Positions 13,740 through 25,760 of a stretch of 64,000 bases of DNA are shown here, piece by piece. Within the stretch, counting starts at the first letter, position 1. Every line of letters begins with the position of its first letter. Origin of the DNA: the human T2T-CHM13v2.0 reference genome, Homo sapiens. The translations under genes were made by a program, and so were the position numbers. The notes beneath the pieces are model-generated. The model made no database searches, had not been told where the DNA came from, and saw only the letters and a list, made by a program, of their open reading frames with translations. The stretch lies in NCBI RefSeq assembly GCF_009914755.1, contig NC_060927.1. One strand, given 5' to 3'.

Positions 13740-14315
13740 TCTGAAAACGTCTTTTTTAAACTGTCATTTTTGAAGATTGATTTAACTAGGTATACAATTT
13801 TGAGTTAACGGTTGGTTTGCACCCAGCACTTTGAAGATATTTTTCCACTGTTTTTGGACTTCCATTGCTGTTGTCAAGGAGTTCTCTGTTGTTCTAATTA
13901 TTGTGCTTCTATAGAATCTGTTTGGCTACTTTTATTATCTTCTCTTTATCTTAGAGTTTTGTTCATTCATTGTAGGGGGATCTAAGTGAACATTTCTTTT
14001 CATTTATTCTGTTGAGAGTCTATGGGCTCTCAAATCTGATTCTGATATCTTTCATCTATTCTAGAAAACGCTCAGCCCTTGGGTCTTGGAAAGCTATCTC
14101 TCCCCATTTTCAATATGAGTTCTTCTCAGTACTCTAGTTAGATATCATGATACACTGTCTCCACTCTGTCTCTGCTACATCCTGAACAATATCTTCTAAA
14201 CTGTCCTACAGTTCTTTAATCTCTTTTCAGCCATACTAAATCCACTCCATTAAAACTGAATTTAATTGTTAATTAGAAATTGTTTTCAATTTCAGTTGCT
14301 ATATTTTTAGCTTCA
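13740..14315 (-). mobile_element. Old L1/HAL1 5'-region fragment
   Basis: cagcactttgaagatatttttccactgtttttggacttccattgctg motif. Confidence 0.5.
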
Positions 14316-14320
14316 AGAAT

Positions 14321-14659
<339 letters not shown>

Positions 14660-15670
14660 TAACCTGCTTGGTTATTTTTTGAGAAACTGTTACTACTTTG
14701 TTATATTTTTCTCACCTGTTAAAAATTTGTTTAAACATATAAATTTATTTTCTATTGTGTATATGATAATTTCAATATCTATGGTCTTTAGATGTCTGAT
14801 TATGCCATTTTTTGTTTTTTTTTTCTTACTTTTACTCAGGGTATTTTGTCTCATATGTGTTGTAATTTTTGTTTATCAATTAATGTTTCTTGGAATTTTT
14901 TTTTACATCTGGGTTTAAAATGTCTTTAATGGGGTGTGTGTATATGCTTGTGCTTGGTGCCTATAGACACTACTAATCTGGGACAACTTTAAAATAAATT
15001 TCCAGTCATTTTCAGAAATGTTCTCAAACATGAGTAAGTATAGTGTTGTAGTTGACCATTCTCAGGAGAGACATTTTCATTTTACTATTTAGCAAAAATC
15101 CAAAGCCAAGACTGGCAATTACCCCCTCTGTCTTCTGTAATGGGATAGATTTTCCCTAATTCAACCTTCAGGGGCCTAAACTTTAAGTGATGCTCTCTGG
15201 TGTGACCTTACAGGCTTTGTCTTCTGCCTGCCATGTGCTTGGCCCATTAAGTCCAGGCAATGGGCCACCAGGGATTGGCAGAGACCTCTGGGGAAATTAC
15301 ACCGACTCTCCTCCCTGGATTTAGCTATGTTATGGATGGTGTCCTTGCACAAACTGGACTTTGTTGTTCAAAGTAGAGTGATAGTAGAAACTTCTAACCT
15401 GAGAATCTTTATTATCATTTGAATATCAAATGATTCCTTTTTCTCTACATTTTGGGGAAAATTTGCCTTATATTTGGACATCTAGGGTAACTTGTTACCA
15501 CTGGCTTCTTCATTTAGTTTTCTTCAGTATATACCAGACATAGTGTATATGAAAAAATAGCAAAAGTATTTGTCTTAGTAATGTATTACTTTCACTGTAC
15601 CTTCCATTTCATTTGCAAACCCAAATGTTGGCTGGGGAAGGCAGTGACCACTACAATCTCCCCTCATCAA

Positions 15671-15720
15671 ACACACACACACACGTGCACGCACACACAC
15701 ACACACACATACACACACAC
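15671..15720. repeat. Interrupted (CA)n microsatellite
   Basis: ~25 CA-type units with interruptions. Confidence 0.9.
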
Positions 15721-16759
15721 CGTCAAACCCACTCTCTCAGCCACTAAAAATAAACATAAATCCAATTAAAAACCATGTGCTTGCTCTGCAAACACAGCTT
15801 CATGATAAATCTCTTGGCCTCCCCTTTCAACCAGATTGTCATCCCTAAATATCCTCAGTCTTCCTTTATACAAATTTTGGAGCCTACACAGTTTTTTTTT
15901 TCTGTTTCTGCCTTTAAATTCTCCAAAATCTTGGTTGTTGGATTGCCCTCCACTATTGATTTTGGATCAGTTATTTTTGCTTCCATGGAATCTTAAATCA
16001 CTGTTCTCTTACATCCACAAACATGAGAATTTTCTTTCAGATTTTCAGTTCTTTTAGAGCAGTTTCTTCCACCTCCAGTTCTGCTGTCATTTCACACATC
16101 TTACCTACTTCTAAAGAAAGATGTTTCATTTAGATTCGTGTCGTGTCAAAATTGATTTCCTTCATTTCGTATAAAACAATTTTGATTTCACCTCTCTCTT
16201 TCCTCAAAACCACCACTGCAAAAGTGTTACCATCAGAGTGACATAGGGAGGGAGGGTTTTTAATCAGGGCATTCAAGCAAAAAGGAACAGTAAGTACTTT
16301 CTTGTTCACTGTATACTGTATATCAGTTAAAACAACAACAACAACAACAACAAAATCAAACTTTTGTCCCAGTTACCCAGATTAGTGTTTTGGTCCTTCA
16401 AATCTTATGGTCTTAAGGGAGGTGTGTTCATCAAAAGAGAGAGTGGTGTTGACTTCTCTTTCACTTACCCAGAGGCTGAGGACCTCCCATGTGGGATGAG
16501 CAGAAGCAGGAGGAGATAAAGGATTTGGAACTTTGAGCCCCTTCCTCATGATATATGCACTGTGCTATTTCTTGTAAATTTGTATTGTTTTAAAAATAAA
16601 TAATAAGTGCTTTTTAAAATAAAAATGCAAATGTGTGAACTAAGAAGGGTATCCCTGTTCCTCACCCCTTCTTACTTCACACCCTGTGGGTAACCCCTGA
16701 TAACAATTTGCTGTAACATTCTAGCTATCTCTATTCATCCATCTATCCACTTAATATAT

Positions 16760-16930
16760 TTTAACTCATCCTCATAATAACTATATGAAGTGGTACTATT
16801 ATTACCTCATTTTCCAAAACAGAAAATGAGGCACTGTATATGAGATAGTTTCCCCAAATCTGAAGCTACTAAGCTTCGGGGCTGGTATTTTTAACTCAGG
16901 TGTATTGACTCCAGTGTGTGTGCTCTTTAC
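16760..16930 (-). mobile_element. MIR
   Basis: tcctcataataactatatgaagtggtactattattacctcattttcc...aaaatgaggcac core. Confidence 0.75.
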
Positions 16931-17641
16931 TTTTTAAAATTATCTTTGACATTTATTGTGAAATTTTGTTCATAAAGATGCATGACTGTTATTTTTTGGT
17001 ATATTACAGCTTCTCTCAAAATTAAGTATCCTCTATAAGGCCTTTGCTATTAAGCTGCTATTAAGTTGCAATAAAAGTTGCATCTAATATTAATATGTCA
17101 CATTATTTTCTTCTTGTTGATATTTGCCATGGCACATCTATTTCCATAATGTATCTTTGGCCTGTTAAATAAAATTTGGTCTTATTGGTATCTGTCAGCA
17201 TAAAGATGGATTTCCTTTGTACCCATACCTAAGAGCTATTTAGTTTTTAATGTTTTTATTTTCTTTTTATCCCAGCCTAAGTGTCACTTAGTTGTTAATG
17301 GAGGTGAATTTCCTTTTTACTCCAGTCTGAGTCCTTAATTGTTTATACGGGTTTTGATTCATTCACACTTATTGCCTTATGAACTTATTTTTGAACATTC
17401 TTTAAACTTTTTTTTTTATTTTACAAGTCTTTCTTTTTTCTTTTTGCTTTCTTTCCTATTTGAATTGGACACGTTTTCTTTATTCAATTATTTAATTGTT
17501 TTGAATTTGTGTATTTTACTTTCTAGGATTTACTTTAGTAATACTTATAATTTAAATGTGTTGATTTAAAAAATCAGTCTCTAAAGTTAACCATGCTCTA
17601 TTTAATTTCCTTCATCATATTCTCATCCCTCTTTCTACAGC

Positions 17642-18043
17642 TATTGTGGTCATCTTATAGAGGTGGCACAGCTCTCCCATCCAAAATTTTGTGTGTGTAT
17701 AAAGACTGATGATACCACATACCTACCAACATGTTATGAAAAGGTTTATTATTCACATACTAAGGCTTTCTGGGGGAGAGCAGCATGGACTTTTTAGCTG
17801 GTCCAAATCTGGCTTGAGAGAGGAGGGAAAAGAGACAATCTCAGCCTGTGACTGGGGTTGGGGCTGCAGTGAGGGTTCTTGCACACTGGCAGAGGCTTAT
17901 GTGGTTTGCACTTCAGCTAGCACCAAGGGAGGGACAATCAGAGTTCTGTTTTCAGCCTGCTCAGATGCTGGGAAGAAGGAAAAGGGGAAACGGTAGGATT
18001 GTTGTATCAAAATATCAGAAATAGAGTCACACTCTTTATTACA
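17642..18043 (-). mobile_element. MER54-like ERVL solo LTR
   Basis: Reverse complement begins tgtaataaagagtgtgactc, contains ctgctctcccccagaaagcc and aataataaaccttttcata, and ends ...gaccacaata. Confidence 0.75.
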
Positions 18044-18444
18044 ATTCCTTCCATGTTGAGATCATTCAGGATTTTAGTTCCAGATTGTTAATTACTTTTT
18101 CAATGTATATCAAAACATTTTTTGATTTAAATAGGAGTGTGATTGTTTTCTTTGTTCACTACCATTTCTTATGTCTAACATTTTACTCTTTCTGGGGCTT
18201 ATGTTTTATTTTGAAAGAACACATTTTGCTTCCAAAGTGGTCTAGAATAATAGTTATTTTAATTTTGTCTTTCTACTGAATGCTAGTTTCGCTAGATACA
18301 GGACTTTTCTACAAAACAATCTTCTCTCAAAACATTAATCCTATATTCTCTTCTACTATCCACTTTTGCCAATGAGAACTCAGACTCTAAATCTGATTTT
18401 GTTTTTATTTTTATCTCTCCCAAACCCATCTCGAATCGGTATTC

Positions 18445-18860
18445 TTTTTAAAATTGATAAATAATAATTGCATATATTCATAGGGTACAATGTGCTGTTT
18501 CAATACATGTGTACCTTGTGGAATGACCATGTCAGACTAACATATCCATTATCTCACATACTTATAATTTCTTTGTGGTGAGAATATTTCAAATCCACTC
18601 TTTTAGTAATTTTGAAATGTATACCACATTATTATTAACTGTAGTTAATAATACAGTTGCACTGTATTATTGCAGTGCAATAGATCACCAGAACTTAGAA
18701 CTCCTGTCTAACTGAAACTTTGTGCCCTTTGACCAACATCTGCCCTTTCCCACTCCACAGCCCAAACCCCAGCTTCTTGTAACCACCATTGTATTCTCTA
18801 CTTCTATAAATTTGACCTTTTAAGATTTTGCATATAGGTGAGATCATGCAATATTTGTTC
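18445..18860 (-). mobile_element. L1MA (MA8/9-like) 3' end
   Basis: gggtacaatgtgctgtttcaatacatg...ctttgtggtgagaatatttcaaatccactc...ggtgagatcatgcaatatttg. Confidence 0.85.
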
Positions 18861-19107
18861 AGAAGCTTTATTCTCATTCTTGTGATCTAAAGTTTCACTC
18901 TTTGTATTTAGCTATATAAAATAATTTATTTTAATTTATTCTGTTTGGCATTCAATGAGACCTTTTAGTCTGAAATCTCAACTTTTTTTTTAATTATAAT
19001 CTTACTGTTCACTCATTTGCTCTTTATCCATGTTGATTCTGCTATTCAGTTCATATACTGACATTTTAATTTTGATAATAATACTTTTGATTTTTGGGGT
19101 TGTTCAT

Positions 19108-19524
19108 TGTGACGGTTCATACTGAGTGTCAACTTGCTTGGAATGAAGGATGCAAAATATTGTTCCTGGGTGTGTCTGTGAGGGTGTTGCCAAAGGAGAT
19201 TAACACTTGAGTCAGTGGATTAGGAGAGGCAGACCCACCCTCAATCTGGGACTCCAAGTTCTTCAGCTTTTGGACTCTTGTAGCTACACCAGTGGTTTGC
19301 CAGGGGCTCTCAGGCCTTCAGCCAGAGACTGAAGACTACACTGGCAGCTTCCCTACTTTTGAGGTTTTGGGTCTCAGACTGGCTTCCTTGCTCCTCAGCT
19401 TGCAGAGGGCCTATTGTGGGACTTCATCTTGTGATTGTGTGAGTCAATACTCCTTAATAAACTTCCTTTCATATATGAATCTATCCTATTAGTTCTGTCC
19501 CTCTATAGAACCCCAACTAATATA
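19108..19524 (+). mobile_element. MLT2A1/A2 (HERV-L) LTR with internal deletion
   Basis: tgtgacggttcatactgagtgtcaac...gagggtgttgccaaaggagattaac...ttagttctgtccctctatagaaccccaactaatata. About 130 nt missing near 19250 versus recalled consensus. Confidence 0.88.
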
Positions 19525-19930
19525 GATTCTGGTACTGGGAGTGGGGTGCCACTGTAAAGATACCTGAAAATGTGGAAGCGACTTTGGAACTGGTAACAGG
19601 CAGAGATTAGAACAGTTTGGAGCACTCAGAAGAGGACAGGAAGACGTGGGAAAGTTTGGAACTTCCTAGAGACTTGTTGAATGGCTTTGACCAAAATGCT
19701 GATTGTGATATGGACATTGAAGTCCAGGCTGAGGTGGTCTTAGATGGAGATGAGGAGCTTATTGGTAACTGGAGTGAAGATGACTCTTGTTATGCTATAG
19801 CAAAGAGACTGGTGGCATTTTGCCCCTGCCCTAGAGAACTGTGGAACTGTGAGTCCATTAAACCTATTTCCTTTATAAATTACCGACCTCTGGTATGTCT
19901 TTATTAGCAGCATGAGAACAGAATAATAAA
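19525..19930 (+). mobile_element. MaLR (THE1/MST) internal 5' part fused to a THE1 LTR 3' end
   Basis: ORF MEHSEEDRKTWESLELPRDLLN is homologous to the in-window THE1C-int. From ~19840 it switches to the LTR end tgtggaactgtgagtccattaaacc...agcagcatgagaacagaataataaa. Confidence 0.88.
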
Positions 19931-20087
19931 GTAAATATTCACTTTTCACATTTGTAACATCACTTGCAATCTCTCTAATGATATCCGATATCTTTATTTT
20001 AAAGTGCACCTCCAACTTTTTTCCTTATTTTGTTAGCTTTATTTCTTCAAGAGTTAGTTCTTCTATTTATCTCTCCTATGTTGTTGG

Positions 20088-20367
20088 TTTTGTTTGTTTG
20101 TTTTTGACAGAGTCTCGCTTTGTCACCCAGGTTGGAGTGCAGTGGTGTGATCTCAACTCACTGCAACCTCCGCCTCCCAGGTTCAAGCAATCTTCATGCC
20201 TCAGCCTCCTGAGTAGCTGAGACTACAGGCATGCGACAACAAGCCCAGCTAATTTTTGTATTTTTAGTGGAGATAGGGTTTCATCATGTTGCCCAGGCTG
20301 GTCTCTAACTTCTGAGCTCAAGCGATCCGCCCGCCTCAGCCTCCCAAAGTGCTGGGATTACAGGCAT
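20088..20367 (-). mobile_element. AluJb-like, slightly 5'-truncated
   Basis: (TTTG)n tail, ttgcccaggc and gagctcaagcgatcc diagnostics, ends ggattacaggcat. Confidence 0.92.
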
Positions 20368-23300
20368 AATCCTGTTTATTTTTCCTATGTTATTGGATTT
20401 CCTTAAACGTTTGTGAATTTTTCATTGTCTGCTCATTTTTCTGTTTGAAAATACCTCTTTGCTTCCATGAGGATTCTGGCTTCAATATATAAGCATAGTT
20501 CCTCTGGTCTTTGGGTATGGATTGGATGTGCTTTGAGACGGGGTATACCTGTAACATGTTTCATGCATGGAGGCTGCCCTATTTCTCCTAATTTGGCAGC
20601 TATTAAAAACATTGTCCTGACTCTTTGGCTCAAGCACACATACCACCTGCACTTCTAGAGGAAGTCTAGAAATGCCATGTTGTCCCACATGCATTTTCTT
20701 GGCTATTAACACTTATATTTATCCCATGGCAGCTCTTGCTCTTTAGTTTTCATCGTAGCTGTATTTCAGTTTGAAGGTATATTTGTAAACACATATTGTC
20801 TACTATTTCTAGAGGTCTAGGTACAGACTCTCATCTTGAACAATCTCCGTTGCCCTACATTTTAGCCTTTTACATCTTGGGTTTCCATGTAAGATTTCAT
20901 TTGAAAACAAGTGAATGAGCCTTTAAAGTGAGCCTTTAAAAATCTCTTCGAACATGACCCTATATCCATTAATAATTTCACTTCATGAGCAGCATGCTGA
21001 TAACTTGTATTATGCTTTGTACACTGCTACATTCTTATTAGTGATGATACTAATGCATGTCAAGTCAACAGTTTCTGAGAGGCAGTTATGAAGAATAAAA
21101 TTTCCAATTAATACCAGAAGGGGATATAAGTAGACCTAAAGATAATGACTTGCATTTATAAAAGGAATTTCTTCCTATAATGAAAACTGACATTAGTTTT
21201 TTACATACCTTGATCTAGCATTGTTATAGCAAACTTAGATGTGGTTAGGATCCTGGGAAAACTCAAAGACTCTGAGTGCAATCTTTCAATCTTGTAAGAG
21301 TTTTAGTAATATGCTATACTGATTTACATTAGGTATAGCAGATAATCACAGATAGTATAATGCAACCACTGGTATGGCCAAGATGTAGACCTTCCCTGGC
21401 ATGTGAGAAGCCATGCTCTGTTCAATTTGCAGTATTCTGCAGTTCACTATAAGCAACATTGGGCAGGGAGGCGATTTTCTATTATTTGACTGGGGTGGGT
21501 GGAATAATTTTAATTGCTAAGAAATTGCATTTTCATTGTAAAGCAATTCAAGTTATAGCAGATTCATAATGCAGCTATTGTAAAAATGACATTTCACTGA
21601 CATTTCTGTGAGAAGAACATGGTGATTTTGCAAATGACATGGTGAGGGCATAGCAGTTACGCGAATAACGGATTTTCACAATACGTGTGCTGGGAGCATA
21701 AATAATGATGATGGCAATAATATTAATAATAATGGCATTCCATGAGAGAAAACCTCTTATCTCTGCAATTCCAAAGTTCTTTAACTCACACCTATCCACT
21801 TTACACTCCACTCAAATAATTGGTCCTGACTTTTTTTGATGGAAGGGAGCTGAGGAACCAAGTGGTTGCCCAACTCCATAGCAGGTTAATGGCAAACATA
21901 GAATCAAAACTCTATTTTCTTTTAAAAAGTCTTTTGGGATGACTCATCAAAATGAGTATCATGCAGGTACTGGAAATGATATTGTTCTGATTTTATTGTA
22001 GATGTTTTTCCATCAGCTTTTTAGGTGGATTGTAGGTGAGCAATTAGCATCTTCTCTTTTCGTATGCATAAAAAATGTAGCATTGTTTTATTTCAGGATG
22101 AACTGAGCTGCTCATTTCAAATATGTTTATAAAATACTCTAATAAGTTAAACAGGTAAGCAGCTTTTGTTAGCCTGAGGGCATATTATTCCCATAGTGGA
22201 TATGTCATCACCATTTTGTTTTCACAATGCCATTATTGTGTCATTAATACAGAAAATTCTCATTTTTTCCTCTACATATATTTTAAGAGAAAAATAGGTT
22301 CTTACTAACTATAATGTCAGTGATTGGAAATAAGGGCTGGAAGGTAAGCATGACCCATGTGGTCAGGTTTCTGCCATGAGGGTCACCAACATAATTTATT
22401 AAACACACTAAAAGCTAGAGAAAAAATTTACATTTATTTACATACCCTTTGACCAAATGCTCTAGCCACCTATTTTGTTGATTTTGTTCTCAGTGTATAT
22501 GAATGAAATGGCTTACTCCAATTTAAGAATTTGGGGTCAAAGCCTAATTTTCTGTTATGGATACCTTGTATTTAGGTTGGATGTATTGTATTTGGCCAAA
22601 TGCAGAACATGTTAGAGCTGAGGCTCTCTCTCACAGGCTTGAAAGAAATAAAGTGTAGAAGCGAAAGCAATATTCAGAAATTCCAATTTGAGTCCATTTG
22701 AAAGATAGGTATCTATAACTAGCCATTAACTTTGTTATGCATTAAGTTGGCATTGACAGCAACATTTCAATGTTGCTTTATCATTATGTCTTAATTTTTT
22801 TTTTGAAAAGGTGAGTAGGCTTTGTAAAATTTAGACGAAAAATTAAGTAGGTGTTTCTTTGCTTTTCAAACAAACCACTAACTCTTTCATAAATCTGATT
22901 TTTTTAACCAGGCAAAGAACATATAATTTTAAGCTAAATCCAATCCTGATTTATTACTACACCAATTACCAGAGAGGTACTGAATTCTTCTGTTTCATAG
23001 GCTATGATTTACATTTTCTTTGGATTACTTGGTCCCATGATGTAAAGCTTTCAACCAGAATTCTATGGTCTGACTTCATTTCCACAGCTTGCAGGCTCCT
23101 GCATTATGCCAACACAGGGTACCCATGGCTCTTGTCAGTGTTCACTGAGATGACTAAATGGCAAGGTGTGTTAATACATGTTAAAACTACAGTGCAAATT
23201 TGCCACAAAACATTGACATTGTAACATCTGCAAAGGAGTCATCATCATGTCAATAACAGTAAGTAATATTGCCATTTCTTTCCTGTTGCTTCAGCTAAGA

Positions 23301-24099
23301 AAGACACTGTTACTGAGCCAGCATGGGAAAAATTAGACTATGTTTTATTATGTATTTTTGTAAAAGGCTGTTTGCAAAACAAACAAAAGTGTAAGAAAAT
23401 ATATTCAAATATTTAAAGGTAAACACTCAATGTAATGATTGGACAAGACACAGAGTGGAACCAGAGTTATCTGGAGCTTGAATGAGAAAAAATAGAAAAC
23501 TAATATTGTACAAAACCCCACTTAATCTTTATGCTCTTGATAATGACTATTAAAATGAGTGATGGCAAGTGACAGCCAAGACAAATGAAAGGTTCCTTTC
23601 TCATTGAAAACTTCTGTTTCATTGCCAGAGAGAGAGAAAGAAAACTGAAGCAAAAACCTGTGACTTCAGGACAACTGGAAAAGACAGGGACTTCAAACTA
23701 TATAGTGAAAAAGAGCTAACCAATTGGGTTGCCTGATCTCATGGAGACAATCCTCACAGCTGAGACTATTAACTTGTACTCATAGAGGATGCAGATGCCA
23801 TCTTGGGTGTGGCGGGTGAGATTGCTGGCATAGCATCTCCTTGCCACTAACCTTATGTAGGGATACTATGGGGAAGACCCAGATATTCAATCACAGTTTC
23901 TCTTGGAAGAGATGTGCAATACTATCTAATTAAGACATGTTGTACCTGGTTCTGAGCAACCTCGGACTTTAGTAGAGACAACTCATTTGCAACAGAGGAG
24001 AAGCATGGGGGCCCCAATGCCCACTTTTGAATATAGCACCTCCAATTCTTAGCTAACACTTTGTTTGTAAAAGGGTTTTAGTGCTAATGTTTGTAAAAC

Positions 24100-24195
24100 T
24101 ACAATTTGAATTCCAACCCTCATTTCACAGAAACCTAGTCCAGAAAGGGAAAGTGATTTACCCAAGGTCAAAGCCATTTGGCTAGATTCAGGTTA
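24100..24195 (-). mobile_element. MIR fragment
   Basis: tccaaccctcatttcacagaaac...aagtgatttacccaaggtca. Confidence 0.6.
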
Positions 24196-25710
24196 TTTAT
24201 AATATGAGAATTTTATTTTGTCTGATTGAGAGAAATAACAAATGCTGAGTAGAATTTGGTAGCTGGAGAACTAATGGATTGACTAGTAACAGAAAAGCTA
24301 CACGTTTTGATTGGTATTCATCTGCCACCACTCCTGCTTTACTGCTTCTTAGCTAGAAAATGCATTTTTTTTCTGCCAGGAATCTTGGTTAGGCCACCTA
24401 TACAAAACAGAAAATTCCTGTCATTGTAACAGATTTCTCAGTATGAACTAGCATTGTGGACAATAGAACAATTTTCCATCTCTCAGATTTTTCATCAGAA
24501 TTGCTTATTTTGGCACCAGAAAAAGAATACTGGTCTTGGCAAAATGTTGGCTGTGGTCCCATATCCCATGATGCAGACCCCAGATCCTGAGCCATCCTGG
24601 GTTCAAAGACCACTGGACAAAGAGCAGAAGTTCTCATTCTGAGCTCCTAGGCCTGTGCCCATGGGATGGTGTAATCTGTACCCTACCAAGCTACCCACAT
24701 CTCATTCTTTTGAGCCCAGATTTCTGATGTGTCCACAGAATGTCCACGACTTCATTTTGTGCAAACCCCTCCCTCTGTTGTCCGGCTTCCTTTATTCTTT
24801 CAGGGATAGCAGCTGCTGCCAGCCAGCCCATAGCACCATTCTGAGATGCCCCAGGGAACAGCTGGAACTCTCCCAAGGGCTGATTTTACACCACTGAGTC
24901 TGGTCCCAAATATTTCCCATTTCGTGAAAATATATATTAAGGAAATGCCACCTAGAACCAGAATTCCCAAAATTGACCAAATAGTGTTGTGAGAATTGGC
25001 TGCATTATTTACTTTCAGTCTATTAAATCAATTTATGGGGGTGAGTATTTTCTGTATTAATGTACCATGTTTTTCTGAAGCTCAAATTGAGGTCACAGAT
25101 TAGATTCACTCACTGAAAAATATAGCTCTCTTGTGTAGGAAGAGGAAATATTCTTGCTTCTCTTTGGATTCTAAATTATTTTTCTCTACCTAACCCTCCC
25201 TAGCACTCCTCCACCTCCCACCTTTTAAAGCTTAGAGATCTAGAGCCGGAGGTTTAAATAAAAGTGCTACGCCTTTAAAACCAGTGAAAGCAAATGGAGT
25301 TTAATAATCCAACAGTATCTTGGTCCATCATAATATTTAATCTGCATTATATCTCACTTCCTAATCGCTACTTCCATTCCAATTGTGAGCAGAGGGTGGG
25401 CGAATGGGGCATTTCAGATAAGTGCCAGTAAAACAAGTTTGTCTTACAGCTGGTGAGCCCCAAGTACATGTACACAGTGCCTTATGGCTGTATTCAATCA
25501 GATGATCCCATAAACTAAAAATAATCACCTCTAATACTAATACCTCTCCTTCATTGTTGCTGGTCGCTATGGTGCTGCATTCGACTTTGAAGAATTCACC
25601 GCCATTATTACCCTCAGTGTCTCTCTCTCTGAAATGTGATCTAATTGCAGAATCCACACCTGTTCCACAGTTCAATAGAATTCAGATTTGATGGAGGCAG
25701 ACTTTCAAAT

Positions 25711-25760
25711 AACACACACACATATGCACACACGCACACACACTTGTGCACACACACATA
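25711..25760. repeat. Degenerate (CA)n
   Basis: acacacacacatatgcacacacgcacacacac... Confidence 0.8.

Noticed and set aside
20916-20940. 13-bp tandem duplication tgagcctttaaa(g)
   Set aside because: Ordinary slippage indel; similar ones at ~17046 and ~62612.
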